Shown here: piece after piece, positions 11,991 to 26,390 of the stretch
Numbering within the stretch: position 1 is the first letter of the stretch
Layout: the number at the start of each line of letters is the position of its first letter
Origin: Octopus sinensis
Lineage: Eukaryota
DNA: 64,000 nucleotides
Direction of reading: 5' to 3'
NCBI RefSeq assembly: GCF_006345805.1
Contig: NC_043006.1
Coordinates: 32,488,001 to 32,552,000 of the forward strand
The notes under the pieces: model-generated
What the model was told of the DNA's origin: nothing
Seen by the model: only the letters and a program-made list of their open reading frames with translations
The model's database searches: none
Position numbers and translations under genes: made by a program

Positions 11991-12915
11991 TATTGCTGTG
12001 GATGTATTAGGGAAGCGGGGTGAAACAAAGGAGTGTGTACGTGTATATGCGTACCCGTGTGTGAGTATGTGTGTGTATGAGTGTCTGCGTGCTTGTGTGG
12101 TGCAGTTGGTGCTTTAAGGGCAATAGAGATAATAAGAGAAAGGGAAAGAAAGTGTGTGTGTGCGTGCGTGTATATGTGCATGTGTGTGTGTGTGTGAGAG
12201 TTCATGTCTTTGTGCGTTCTGGATGGTGTGTGTGTGTGGATGCGTGTATTCGTGTTTGTGTTAGTTCTGTAAGTCTATGTGTGTACGTTCTTGTGTGTAT
12301 GGAATGTGATGTGTGTATGTGGCTGTGTGTGCGTATGACCATGCGTGTTGGAATTATTTTTAAAGATTTCGTTTTCATTCTAAGAGTTCAAAGAAATCCT
12401 AATAGTTCAAAGAAAGAATTTTAATATCTGTTCGTTTTTTCAACTCACATTAAGTGAACGACCAAGTCGTCTCCCACGCATCTTAAATGTATGTTCTGTG
12501 CTTAATAACACAGTGTGCTGGCAGTGGCGCTGGTGTTGAGCTCTTTACGTTTTAATCGTATATGTCTTAAGCGACGACAGAGCATCAATTTCGTTAATAT
12601 ATAAATATATAAATATATATATACTTGTGTATGACGTGTTGTGAATTTATGGAAAGACATCCCATAAAACTGAACCATTTAGTTAATAATGCAGAAGAGA
12701 AGTTAATCTTAACAACTTCTCTTCTCTATTTTTAACTAAATTGTTGAGTTTTATAGCATTTCTTTCCATAAATTCACCACACATCATATACACGTATTAT
12801 TTTCATATTCGCAAATTTACGCCTCTAAGCTACCAGCAAAATATGAAGAATCAATATTAGAAATATTTTTTTGAGACCACCAAATTAAAGAACGAATATA
12901 AATGCAACCCTTTTA

Positions 12916-13042
<127 letters not shown>

Positions 13043-13082
13043 AAATGTATGTGTGTGTGTGTTTGTGTGTGTGTGTGTGCAG

Positions 13083-13230
13083 AAGGACGTGTGGTAAGAA
13101 GCTTGGATCCAAACCACATGGTTCCGGGCTCAGTCCCACTGCGTAGTACCTTGGCCAAGTGTCTTCTACTCGGGCTGACCAAAGCTTGGTGAGTCTATTT
13201 GATAGATGGAAACTGAAAGAATCCCGTCGT
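13083..13230 (+). mobile_element. SINE family A, 5' half
   Basis: gtgtggtaagaagcttg...ccacatggttccggg...gaaactgaaagaatcccgtcg. Confidence 0.85.
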
Positions 13231-13255
13231 ATATATATATATATATATATATATT

Positions 13256-14803
13256 ATGTGCTACACTAGGGCAAATAATATACTGGATCTCTGCTTCACA
13301 AACAATATGGACATTATCCATAATGTTAAACTGATACCGACATTGGTCTCGGATCACGACATAATAAGCTGTCTATGTATGGACCAAAAGCCCCAGAAGA
13401 TGCACACCCTATACGAAGCATCCACAATCTCGCCAAGTAAACTTTCATGAAGCAAACTGGAAGTTGATTGAGAAAGAGGTCCTCAAACAGGATAGGCCTA
13501 ATTGACTTGCCACACCAGACATTGATATGAAACTCAAACTTTTCATGTCCATAATACAAGCCATACCATATGTGACAAATATGTCACAGTGTGAAGAGCC
13601 AGCACACACAAAAACAGGATCCCTAGGGAAAGGAAGATTCTTATGAGACGGCGGACAAAGCCTGCGAACCGCCTGAGCAAGCACACCAAAAGTGGTGAGA
13701 AGTCTCGCCTCGAGAGGATGCTAATGGAAATTGAGAAAAGTCTGCATCAGTCTCATGAAAAGGAGAGAGTAGATAAAGAAGCTTGGGTTATAGAAAATAT
13801 CAAGTCAAACCATAGGGCCTTCTTTAAGTTTGCCAAAGAGACGGTCGCAGTGCGCCAGAGAATAGGACTTCTCTTTCAAAAAGATGGTTCCCTCATAAGA
13901 AATCCCATGAGGATAAGTGAAATACTGAACGAACTATGCCAACGTGTGTTCACTACACCCCTTGGATCCAGGCAAGTAAACAAACCAGAATTTTACCTGT
14001 AGCAAAAGAGGCAAATTTTGAGTACATTAACATTGAAGATGATGATGTCACACTGGCCATAGCTGAGATTGACAGAGACTCAGCTGCTGGACCTGATGGA
14101 TTTCCAGTGATTCTTCTCAAATCGTGCTAAAGATCCCTTGCAAAATCGCTACAGCTTCTTTTTCAGAGCTTTCTTGCAAGTGGTAAGCTCCCAGTCAAAT
14201 TGAAAGAAGGGATAATATACCCTATCTATAAGGGAGGAAGCAGAGCAGATGCTAAAAATTATAGGCCTATCTCTCTGACCTCATACATCAGCAAAGTCAT
14301 GGAACGAATAGTCCGCAAGAAACTAATCATGTTCCTTGAAGAAAATGACTCGCTGACTGACACCCAGCATGGATTTCAACCAGGTAGAAGCTGTCTAACA
14401 CAGCTCCTGCAACACTATGGCTGGGTGTTAAAACAGCTACTAAATGACTCAAGTGTGGATATGATGTATCTTGACTTTGCAAAAGCCTTTGATAAAGCCG
14501 ACCATGGTAAGATCTGCCACAAACTATGCGATCTCGGCATAGATGGAAAACTTGGAGAGTGGCTGCACAACTTCTTAAAAGATAGAAGGCAGGCAGTGGT
14601 GGCCAATGGAGCCACCTCCAATGAAACAACACAAATAACAAGTGGTATTCCACAGAGCATTGTCTTGGGGTCACTGCTGTTCATAGTGGTCCTTTCAGAC
14701 ATGCCCTCAGTTGCTAAGACAGCCACTCTTGCTAGCTATGCAGATGACACAAAAGTCTCTCAGACAATACAAAACCCTGGACATATTGCACATCTGCAAT
14801 GGG
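13256..14803 (+). pseudogene. CR1-group non-LTR retrotransposon fragment (end of APE endonuclease, linker, RT), decayed
   Basis: NILDLCFTN; AAGPDG; KNYRPISLTS; QHGF; YLDFAKAFD; SGIPQ..VLG; YADD; several stops and frameshifts. Confidence 0.92.
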
Positions 14804-14804
14804 A

Positions 14805-14947
14805 GCTTCTTTCAGTTTCTCTCTGAAGGCTGTAGTTGGCCCGAGGCTAGAGTCGAAGACACTTCCCCAAATTACTACGCAATGGGACTTATCCCGGAAC
14901 CATGTGGTTGAGAAGTAAGCCTCTTACCACTCAGCCACGCCTGCGCC
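14805..14947 (-). mobile_element. SINE family A, 5' half
   Basis: Reverse complement of the family A head. Confidence 0.8.
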
Positions 14948-15204
14948 TGATTATATAAATAAATAAAAAAAACATATAATCAACTTACTCATTCCCCTGA
15001 CGTTGCTGGCGTTGTGCCAAATTTGAAAGCAATATTATGTATTGTTATTATATATGTTAGTGTTTTTATACGCTAGTGTTAGTGGTGTTAGTGATATGTA
15101 GCCAAATAAAACGTCTCAAGATTAGATCGATGTTTATTGTTCCAGTCACAGAGACCTGCAATTAATAAGTCAACACGAACAAGATTTGAATTGAGAAAGT
15201 AAAA

Positions 15205-15237
<33 letters not shown>

Positions 15238-16014
15238 CACACACACAAATACACCATACACATACACAAATACACCATACACACACACAACTAAATACCG
15301 TTCGTGTTAGAAAGAAAATAGATATCATTTGTTCAATTATCAAATATTGCGCAAATGAATGGCTAATACTTGCGCAAAACCCAAGAGATTTGCATGTCCT
15401 TTCTCTTATTCCGGTGGAAACTGGTAATTTCTGCTACTATGGAACCATATTCCTTTGATATTACCGTAGCCATATTGAAATGAATTGCTACTCTGGCAGA
15501 AGAATGAAATATATATCAATATAACTTTTCTTCAATGTATAATATCGTATTATAGTTTTAAAATATCGCATGAAAGCGTTATACTATCAAACAGCGAACT
15601 GGTTGAATTGTTAGTGCCTCCTGTGCAGGTTATCTTTGTATTTTATCCCGTCGGGATCGATGAAATAAATCGATAAAATAAAGAGCATTCAGCTATTAGA
15701 GCCGATGTAATTGATTCGTATCCTCTCCTCAAAACCTCTGCCCAAACCGAAGAAATCGCCATACTATTTTAGGTATTTCTTTAATTTTGTTTATAAAAAC
15801 ATGTCGCAATGATCATGCGCGTAAACAGTGCAACTTGGATAAACAATTTATAACATTATTGGCAAAAGAAAAGAAAATTAAACTGCTTTTGATGTTGGCA
15901 ATCGAATGGATTGAAAACCTAAGAACCCTTTTTCCAAGAATTCAGAAACAGCCATAGTTTGAAGTAGCTCAGTCTATTGCACAAATATTACATATGCAGC
16001 ACCAATACATCTGT

Positions 16015-16430
16015 TTACGGGAAGAATATTCATTTCTTTATTGTCCACAGGGGGTTAATCATAATGGGGGGGGGCAAACAGGGATAAAGGGATTAAGTCT
16101 ATTACATCGACCCCCAGTGCGTAACCGGTACTTAATTAATCGACCCCGGAAGGATGAAAGGTAAAGTCGACCTCAACGGAATATGAACTCAGGACACAAT
16201 TTCTTTACTACCCACAAGGGGCTAAACACAGAAAGGACAAACATGGACACACAAACGGATTCAGTCGATTATATCGACCCCAGTGCGTAGCTGGTACTTA
16301 TTTAATCGACCTCAAAAGGATGAAAGGCAACGTCGACCTCGGCGGAATTTGAACTGAGAACGTAACGGCAAACGAAATACAGCTAAGCAATTCGGCTGGT
16401 GTGCTAACGATTCTGCCTGCTCGCCGCCTT
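16015..16430 (-). mobile_element. SINE family B, long form with internal duplication
   Basis: Two copies of the gtcgac...cgacccc block separated by the tagccccttgtgggtagtaaagaaa spacer, as at 19175 and 59655. Confidence 0.85.
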
Positions 16431-16942
16431 TTACGGAAAGAATATTGGCATTTATAATCAAATGTTGTCAGGTGTGCGTTTTAATGTATATTAATGTCTC
16501 TTTGACCAGCAGGGAACATAACGAGAAACATTTACAGAGACCAAACACAAGCCACAAACTATTACTTCTTAATAAATAATGAACTCGTCTCTCTTTGCTC
16601 TATCAATGCCTTATATTACCGTTAAACGCCCACACTTACTTGAACATTTCCTATTAGTTTCAATGTTATCTTCGGTCGAGAGTATCGACACAGTAGCCTT
16701 CTACATTCTCGGAACGCTCTCTGTTTCCCTTTAAATTACAAATTTACGATCAGCGAACCATTCCAGGCGTTACGTTGTATGGTTCAGTGATTGCTTCATA
16801 ATCACATAGAAGGGATACAAGTCTAACGGTTCTGGTATCTCCGAACTACTTCCGGTCTCAAATGGATTAGAGGAAAGAAAATGTAAATCTCTTAAATATC
16901 TAGAACAACTTGGAGAATAAGGGCCATATTTCTAACATGAGT

Positions 16943-16982
<40 letters not shown>

Positions 16983-16986
<4 letters not shown>

Positions 16987-17335
16987 CGTAGGCGTGGCTG
17001 TGTAGTCCCACTGCGTGACACCTTGGGCAAGTGTTTTCTACTATAGCCTCGAACCGACCAAAGCCTTGTGAGTGGATTTGGTAGACGGAAATTGAAAGGA
17101 AAGTAGCCCGTCGTATATATATATGGTTGTGTGTCTGTGCTTGTCTCCTGATGATTGATCACTTGACAACCGATGTTGGTGTGTTTACGTCCCCATAACT
17201 TAGCCCTTCGGCAAAAGTGACCGATAGAGTAAGTACTAAGCTTACAAACAATAAGTCCTGGAGTCGATTTGTTCGACTAAAAGTGGTGCTCCAGCATGGC
17301 CGCAATCAAATGACTGGAACAAATAAAAGAAAAAG
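16983..17335 (+). mobile_element. SINE family A (internal deletion in head)
   Basis: ggcgtaggcgtggctgtg...cccactgcg...gactggaacaaataaaag. Confidence 0.88.
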
Positions 17336-17348
17336 AATAAAATAATAT

Positions 17349-17423
<75 letters not shown>

Positions 17424-18294
17424 TCAAAAGTTGCGCAAAAGGACAACTAAGGAACACATGGAAATATCACACACGAGACGTGGACATGCTCATCTCATGT
17501 TATCGTCCAAAAATGATAACAGTATTGCGTCATTATCAATAAGATTTTGGTGCGATCAACAGCAGCTCCATTCAAGACTACCCTAACTTCATGCGATACA
17601 CGGTAGAGAGAATGCGAAAGAAAGCAGGCTTTGCGGGACCCTGAACATATTGGTTCACATGATGCGTAGGATCTCTTCTTCATTCCCTTTCACAATTAAA
17701 TTCTAAAATGAATAAACAAATTTAAAAGCGGGAAGCTATTGGCGGTTTGCATCAACAAATTTTGTTTTAGACGAGCTGTTTGTTTTAGTATGAGCTCGTC
17801 GCAGAGAAAATTATTATGAAGTTTTGAAATTGTAAAATAATCTTTCCTTTTTAGTAAAATATTCCACATTTTCTGCAAACTATTTTCGAATTTCGAAAAT
17901 GTAAAACCAGAATAAATCGTTGCAATTTTTTCTAGTGAAAATCTATTCGTAATTTTTTCCTTTCAGTTTTTCTTTCGTTTTTCGTGTCATCCTCTTTCAT
18001 TGGATTGCAACAAGTTTTAGATTTTATCATAATTTTTCTCAAACAAAATAGCATTTTTTTCTTGATTTTGCATAATCGTTTCTGTTGTTATGGCTGGAGA
18101 TTTTTGTCATTTGTCTGGCTCTTACTAGTGTCAACATGTTATAGTTGTTGTTGTTGTTGATTACGACGATGATGATGATGATGTAGCAATTGCTGTAAGC
18201 TGAAAATGGAATAAAATATAGAATAAAGATCATCATTTTGTTTTAGCTTCTGTGGATGATTGTGATGAATATGGTGATGGAGAAAATGATGGTA

Positions 18295-18330
<36 letters not shown>

Positions 18331-18452
18331 CCATGGCTTCAAGCCATATTGACAGTACTGTAGTTGCATTACATTGACAGAGGACACGATTCAGTGGTGT
18401 AAATTCCATTATGTTTAATAACGAATTAATTGCAAAATCTTTGCAGATATTA

Positions 18453-18707
18453 TTGGCTTGGTGCATAATTATTGCAGATTTTCTTCAACAAATTTTATTC
18501 AACAAAAACAATAACAACATGTAGCAAAAGCATCTTTAAATGATTATTCCGGAACATATTCACCATCTACTTCAATTACTGCTTCCCATTTGCTTGGCAG
18601 ACGGTCAGACCGTCATTTAAAGATGTTTTTGTTAAATATTGTTATTGATTTTATTGAATTAAATGTATTGAAAAAAAAAAAGCCGCAATAATTATGCACC
18701 AGCCCAA
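18453..18707. mobile_element. Mariner-type MITE, 255 bp, TA target-site duplication
   Basis: TA|ttggcttggtgcataattattgcag ... ccgcaataattatgcaccagcccaa|TA; the terminal inverted repeats resemble mariner/MADE ends. Confidence 0.85.
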
Positions 18708-19049
18708 TACTTCATAGTGTAGACACCGCTCCTGCTGTTCACGTTTACACACACACATACACACTGGTTCCCAAACTGAATAGAATCACCCACATATATA
18801 GAAGTAGCTGAAATGTTTGGAAATACCACTACTCTTCCATACGAACATATGCATACATCTGTCTGTCTCTCTCTGTCTATCTGTCTATCTGTCTGTCTGT
18901 CTGTCTCTGTATATATAAATGATGGAGTCTCTCGTCGAAGACGATGTATGAGAGTTCAGCTTTTGCAGAAATGAGTTACTTATAGTGATCAATTGTATTT
19001 GCTGTACATTAGCTAACTCTCTCTCTCCCCATGAAATCGATGTTACCTG

Positions 19050-19145
19050 AACAGGTGCACCGTATACCACGCGTCAGGTGTCGAAGTGATCGCAGAGCAA
19101 CGTGACATGAAACGTTTTGCTCAAGAACACAATGCACCACCCGAT
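19050..19145 (-). mobile_element. SINE family D fragment
   Basis: Minus strand gcattgtgttcttgagcaaaacgtttcatgtcacgttgctctgc, matching 49085-49140. Confidence 0.6.
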
Positions 19146-19174
19146 GTGTGTATGTATATAATAGCTTTCTATAC

Positions 19175-19545
19175 AGGGCGGTTAGCTTTCAGAAACGTTA
19201 GCGCGCCGGGCGAAATGCTTAGCGGGTATTTCGTGTGCCGCTACGTTCTGATAAACTAAGGTCGATAAACTAAGTACCACTTAAACACTAGGGTCGATAT
19301 AATCGACTTAATCCGTCTGTCTGTCCTTGTTTGTCTCTTCTGTGTTTAGCCCCTTGTGGGTAGTAAAGAAATAGGTATTTCGTTTGCCGTTAGGTTTTGA
19401 GTTCAAATTCCACCGAGGTCGACTTTGCCTTTCATCCCTTTCGGGGTCGATAAAATTAGTACCAGTTACATGCTGGGGTCGATTTAATCAACCTAACCCC
19501 TTCCCCAAAAATTTGAGGCCTTGTGCTTCTGGTAGAAAAGGTTTA
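19175..19545 (+). mobile_element. SINE family B, long form
   Basis: Head, spacer and duplicated core as at 16015 and 59655. Confidence 0.88.
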
Positions 19546-20798
19546 TTAAGGTTGAAAAAGTGTAACACACTGACATTCACATTTATTAGATATGTTTATT
19601 TTTGGGGGAAACTTTATTTCAATTAAAGTGTATTTCATTTATATATATATATATGAGGGCAAAATGATTAAAGAAAAAGGCTAAATGTATGTAAAAGAAA
19701 TGTTTTGTTCAGTATGTTGGCCACAGGAATTTCTGTCAAAGAAACATGGTTAAACAAAGTTGTACATCTTCTCCCTCTTTCTCCCACATACACACTCTTT
19801 CTCTCTCCCACTGCCACCATCAACACTACTACTTTTAATAAAACATAATAACCTCTCCTTAAATTTCTTTGTATTTCTCTCTCTCTCGCTCTCTCTCTCT
19901 CTCTATCTGTCTGTCTTCGCCACCGCCCTCACCGTCTCTATGTCTACTATTACTCTCATCTCAGCATGAGGAATAGTAGAAGTGTCCTTGAATAGTGAGA
20001 TAGGAGGTCAAAGTGTGACACACTGATGCATAGAAATTAGTTTTCGCATTTATTATATCAGTTATATTCTACAGTACAATATAGAGTATTTCGTTTACTC
20101 TCGTTTGTCTTCATATATTTTCAGATTTACAAATATTCAGTTGTCCACACAACAATCATTCTCTTGTTTCTTCATTTACATCAATCACAGAATACGAGAA
20201 ACAAATTCGGTTGAATATGAACTGAAATACATTATTGTAACTTAGTCTTTCGAAACTAGGGTAATGCTGAAGTACAAAGTTAATTTCTAGAACAATCGCA
20301 CTAAATGTTGTAGTGCCATTAAAACATCTCTCTTGATACTATTAATCTTCTCATTAATCTCTCGAACCAGCAGCTCTTAAGTATATCTCCTCTTATTTAT
20401 GTATTTCTTACAATATCAATTACGATGTGTTTTTATTTTTGTCTTGAACATTTCCAATTTTCTTTTATAATGATATATTTTCGACTGTCACCAGTATCCT
20501 GTCACAATAAATGATTGCCTCAGTTATGTTCTGCATCCTGCTATAAAAGCTATTGCCCCAAAGACACTTTTGGCACTTCCGCTTTTATCCTAGAATATTT
20601 GCTAAATAACTACAAGATTCAGAATTCGTATGTCACTCAGTCGTGACCTTAAAGCTCGAGAACCCAATAATTTCCACTTATCACATGCAGCACAAATTTA
20701 ATAAACACCTGATAACTTAGCGTTTAGACAACAGAATGTCATGCAAGAACGTCTAGAAGACGATGACAATTATGTGTGTGTGTGTATGTGTGTATGCG

Positions 20799-20860
<62 letters not shown>

Positions 20861-20984
20861 TGTGTGAAGAACGGACTGAAGCCACGAAATATACTATTCT
20901 GTGGTCTTAGTTTCCCTCCAAATTTAGGTATTATGAGAAAATTGAAAGATTCAAACAGATTAACACCAGCCGCTGTTGGAATTA

Positions 20985-21035
<51 letters not shown>

Positions 21036-21039
21036 TCTT

Positions 21040-21500
21040 GAGTGAGCGAGCAGAGCATGCCATCAAAGTGACACTGGGGTAAAATATACGAAGCCCAGTA
21101 TACCCATCATGACTACCCGTCTGATAAGGGTACACCAGGCACATGCATCACAACCATATGTGCGCGACATGGTGATCTCATATCAAGATAAACAGCACAT
21201 GACCTTGCAGGTGGAGCCCAGTTAGAATTTTCTTCAGATCGAGTAACCCATCCCGCTCAAAAGGTCCCTGAATAAGGGTTGTTTAAGGACATTGAACGAA
21301 ACACCCATGTTTCCAGAGGTGAATTATTCAAACCCCAAAGAATCCTTCTCAACACATGGCTATGATGCTTCCCCACTACTTCTGCTCGTGATCAGAGATG
21401 CACATATCGTCAGCCACTAAGGGACATGCTCAACTGGTTACGGTCAAACAACTGACAAGCAAATCTGTGGTATTGAGCAGAATATTTGCTGTAGCCCATC

Positions 21501-21505
<5 letters not shown>
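21040..21505 (-). mobile_element. Non-coding (TAA)n-associated element, 5'-truncated copy
   Basis: Highly similar to 41207-41764; same minus-strand 3' end followed by (AAT)n; lacks about 75 nt at the 5' end. Confidence 0.85.
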
Positions 21506-21556
<51 letters not shown>

Positions 21557-21567
21557 GTATTAGTATT

Positions 21568-21913
<346 letters not shown>

Positions 21914-21940
21914 ATTATTATTATTATTATTATTTGTTAT

Positions 21941-22013
<73 letters not shown>

Positions 22014-22150
22014 TACTGAAGTCACAATATTTTCCTCATGTCATGAAATTTATTCATCGAATCCAATAATAAAGATGGGACAGTCCTGTAGAATTTGGTC
22101 TCCAGAGCTTATTTTTTGGGAAGTCTGGGTAGTTTTGTGATTCTTTGCAG

Positions 22151-22347
22151 AGTCGTCGCTAAGTTAGAGAGACGTAAACAAGACGGTATCAGTTTCAAGC
22201 GGTAGGAACACACACACACACACACACACGCGCACACACACACACACACACACGCACGCACACACAGATACCCTCCCACACACATACACAAAAGCACACA
22301 TACACATACACATCCAAAGAAAGCATACACACATATGTCGGTAAATA

Positions 22348-22399
<52 letters not shown>

Positions 22400-23042
22400 A
22401 GATAAAAAGAACAAATAGATGGAATAGATAGATAGATCGATAGAATGTATCTCCTTACTACAATGACTAGCACAAAAGCCCTCCCTCCGAGCGGTTTTTT
22501 GATAGTTTCTATTGTCTTTAAACACGTTTCATTACTTAAGACATTTTGTACAATGCTGCATACCTTTGAAAGAAGTTATATTGAATTTGGTACTCATTCA
22601 AATGATAAATATCACACGAATTCTAACAATAATATTTCGTTAGTAATGCTTCGGTTTCTGCGATTATGCATTGAAAATGTTACATAATCTATATACAGCT
22701 TTAATATGTCATCTGAAGATGCAACCGTTATATTATCGATTATAGAAGATATCAGAAGCAGAGATAAATCTTTTGCCGTTTAGAATGGTTAGTCTGCTAC
22801 TGGAAACACTGGCCAAAGATTTGGTTGATGTCCTCTACAAAACGGGTGAAATGAGGTATTGTTCAAATACATATTTTTTAGTTTATTCAGATATAGATCA
22901 CGTCGACTGATAGTTCATTGTGTATATTTCCCCTCAGCCAATGGAGCTTTACATCTGTGATTCTCGAATGGAACTCCACGGGAAATAAATAGCCAGATTT
23001 TTGGATATATAACTCAAAGCTTGAGAGAATCTATACTATTGT
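22151..23042 (+). other. Possible exons of an unidentified gene (22151-22201, 22784-22855, 22938-23042)
   Basis: AG/GT boundaries, all phase 2-2; joined reading VVAKLERRKQDGISFKRMVSLLLETLAKDLVDVLYKTGEMSQWSFTSVILEWNSTGNK*; no recognisable family. Confidence 0.2.
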
Positions 23043-24094
23043 GTAAGCAGCTAGTACAACGTGGGCTGTACGATTTTTATATATTATCACACATAAAATA
23101 TAGGTGCATTATTATAATAACCTAGCGGTATCATTAACTCCATGAGAAGTGAGAAAGACAAAGAAAGAAAAGTTAGTATGAAAGGCTGAGACTTACCTCT
23201 CTTTTAACGGTAACTCTAGAATGCTTGCTCATTCTCTGTTTAATATCCTTTTCATATAAATCTTTCTACCATCCCTGTAACATCTTTCAGTCCACTTCAC
23301 AAATACTCTTTCTTTCTGCTGTTTTCTTTCCATTCTTTCTTTCTTTCTCTCTTACTAAATTTGAAGCATTAGTTTCGATAATCGTAGGGCGATGGAGTGC
23401 AGAAATCGTTAGAGCAGCGGGCAAAATATCTTGCGTTCAGTTTTCTGACTCTGGACGTTGTGAGTTCAAATTCCACACAAGTCAGGTTTGGCCTTCATCT
23501 CTGCTGGGTTGATAAAATGAATGGTGAATGAGACCAACTAAATTCTATCATCAAACTTACCATCCTTGTACCTAAACTAAAAACCATTATTTATGATATC
23601 TTGATACAGTTAAAACCAAATTTCTTGACCAATTTCTTCACCCATTTTCCTTCATTTCTTTCACTTTTGTCTACCTGTTACATAGGTTTCTGTTTCCTTA
23701 CATTTGGCTTTTCGTATTTTGACTTTTCCCGTTACTTCTATCTTTTCCTGTGTCTTCCTTCAATTTGTTCTTTTATCTGTCTCTCTGTCCTCTCATAGTT
23801 TTATTCTATCTTCGACCCGCGGAAAACTCTCTAGCTTAACCGCTAGGTCTATAGTTATATTTAAGTTTGATAATCTTGATATTTATTAACTTAGCTTTGA
23901 CAGAATTTTTCAGTCTCTAAATTTAAAGCAGTGACACCAATAATTTTAAAGGAACGGTACCAGGAATTCCGAAATAAATAACAGCAAAATTCCCAATACG
24001 TTTATTCACCTTAATCACTTATCACAACAGTTTATGTTGAAGTACCTTTACTGGATTCAAACTACTGTGTCATGCATAAACGCATAACACTGTG

Positions 24095-24150
<56 letters not shown>

Positions 24151-25268
24151 TTGTCCGTCCGTCTGTCTGTCTTTCTATCTCACTCTCTCAGTCACTCTTT
24201 GTATGTTCGGCTGTGTATGTATTAGAGACAAATTCTATGTAAATACGTTGCTTCAATACAGTAACTTCTGATAAGAAGCATCTTGAACAATATCCCGTAG
24301 TCATAATGTTAAAACTCAAAATAAATTTAAATGATTTAACAACTATTTTTAAACTTTGAATTTCCTTGGACTGGATAGAACAGACAATCTTCGCTTTGGT
24401 TGGTAAATGAATATTAATCGAGAAACAAATAAATGATAAACATTTCAAAATTTATTTCTCCTGTCTTCAAGGAAAATAAGACAATTCTTTAAATATTTTA
24501 GGAGATTGTCAGTACAACAGAGCTTTTTAAAGAATGATACTAATTTATGAAAATCTCAATTTCAAATTGTTGCAAAATAAATAAACTGTGTTACTTTGTC
24601 CGAGTCAACTTTTCAGACTTCATGTAGAAAGAATTACAAGACAATGCTAACATATCGCTTAGAACAAGAAACAAACAAATTTCCCCTCTTATACAGCTCG
24701 CAGGTGCATTTTGGAACTGTCTGCTGAGATTTAAATAAATGTATGCTTTGATATGTTTTAACATTTAACATTTGGTCTTATTGTTCCACGAATCAACAGG
24801 CAGTGCCATACCATACGGCTGTAGCATTTATGTATTTTATTGATGGGAAGCAAAGTATGGTAAGGTTTGTATAGAAACTCAGACACAACTGTGAAAATGG
24901 AAATTATCATGGAAGACGTGTGTTGGTATTTTGTTAGGTTTTCTTGGAAAAAGCTCTCTGAAAGGCCTTAAAAATAAATATCGAGATGTTATTACAACTC
25001 AGCGTTATCGACAAAGAGAAGCATTGTTTATAAAATCGTAGGGAGTTGAATTTATCAAGCTTTAGATCAAGATATCGGAATTGCTAATATTATTAGAAGC
25101 AAACCATTCAAGAGTCATTTGTTTGAAAACATTTGGATAGATTATGGATTTGTGGCTTGGGTATTTACATTTTGCACACCAAGGTGGGGTACTCCTCTGC
25201 GCACATAAAATCTGAAAAACTGTTTGAGTTATCTTTTGAAATATATCAACAACAACGATGTTTTTACT

Positions 25269-25314
<46 letters not shown>

Positions 25315-26099
25315 ACATACATATATGCATCAGGAAATCTTAACATACACCTGCACATATTTCAAATATATTTTGCTATCTTAATTTTTGAATAGTATGT
25401 ATGGTTCAAAGGAAAATATTCTCAAATTCGTATACTAACTAACAGCATTTCATAAACTATAGTAAATTAGAATTAAAAAGTTAGAGAAATATTTAATTTC
25501 GTTGCTATTATGTTAAACTGTTGTATGTCCAAATTTAACCAAATGCGTTTTTTTTTTTCAATATTTAGTTTTGCTTGCAATAACCAGTTCTTTTGGTCAA
25601 ACTATCGTATCTCCATCTGCTTCAGATGCCAAGATATCAAAAATTGTCAAAGTGTAGTACAACGATTTTGCTGTGGAAAAGGGAAACTATTTTTTCGTTT
25701 TATGAAAAAGAAACGTCTTAGATTTACGACAATTTTGCATAATAGCAACGATTTATTAAACAAATATTTTCTGCTTTTATTTTCTGTCAAACCCATTACA
25801 TTAGAAACGCTTTCATGGAAAATTCGAATAATGTTGATTCGAAATTAACTGAAAGGGTAAGAGTGACTTCAATATTTAATAATCGATAAGACAGCGATTT
25901 GGTAGACCCGTTAGCATGATGGATGATATGAGTTGAACTTCCATGGAAGTCTGCATTGCCTTTTCTCCTTTCGAGATCGATAAAATAGATACCAGTTGAA
26001 CTCTGGGTTTCAAGTAATCAATTCACCCCATCCACCGAATTTACTGGTCTCGTGCCAAAATTTGAAGACAATATTTTGTAATCGATAAGTCAATGAGAT

Positions 26100-26390
26100 G
26101 TTAGAATTGTTAGCACACCGGCCGAAATACTTAGGCGGAGGTAATAGCATGTAGATTATCAATACATTATCAACACTTACAAATATTACAGTTAAATAAT
26201 AAATACCTGATGATCTGGTGAATCTTACTAAGTATTTCGGATGAAATGGCCCTAAGATCAGATTTCGTTGAGGTGGACTTTGCCTTTCATCCTTTGAGTC
26301 GATAAAATAAGTACCAGTTGAAAACTGGGTCGACGTATCCCCTCCTCCGGAGTTGCTGGCCTTGTGTTAAAATGTGAAATCAATATTTAT
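26100..26390 (+). mobile_element. SINE family B, degenerate (further remnants at 23385-23520 and 25900-26060)
   Basis: gttagcacaccggccgaaatac ... gactttgcctttcatcc...gtcgataaaataagtaccagttg. Confidence 0.7.

Noticed and set aside
18139-18466. Poly-His / poly-Ser ORFs
   Set aside because: Produced by a (GAT)n repeat; no other protein features.
24240-25270. Protein-looking stretches, possible decayed ORF or endogenous viral element
   Set aside because: Multiple stops in every frame and no recognisable motif; a tBLASTx/HMM search would be needed.
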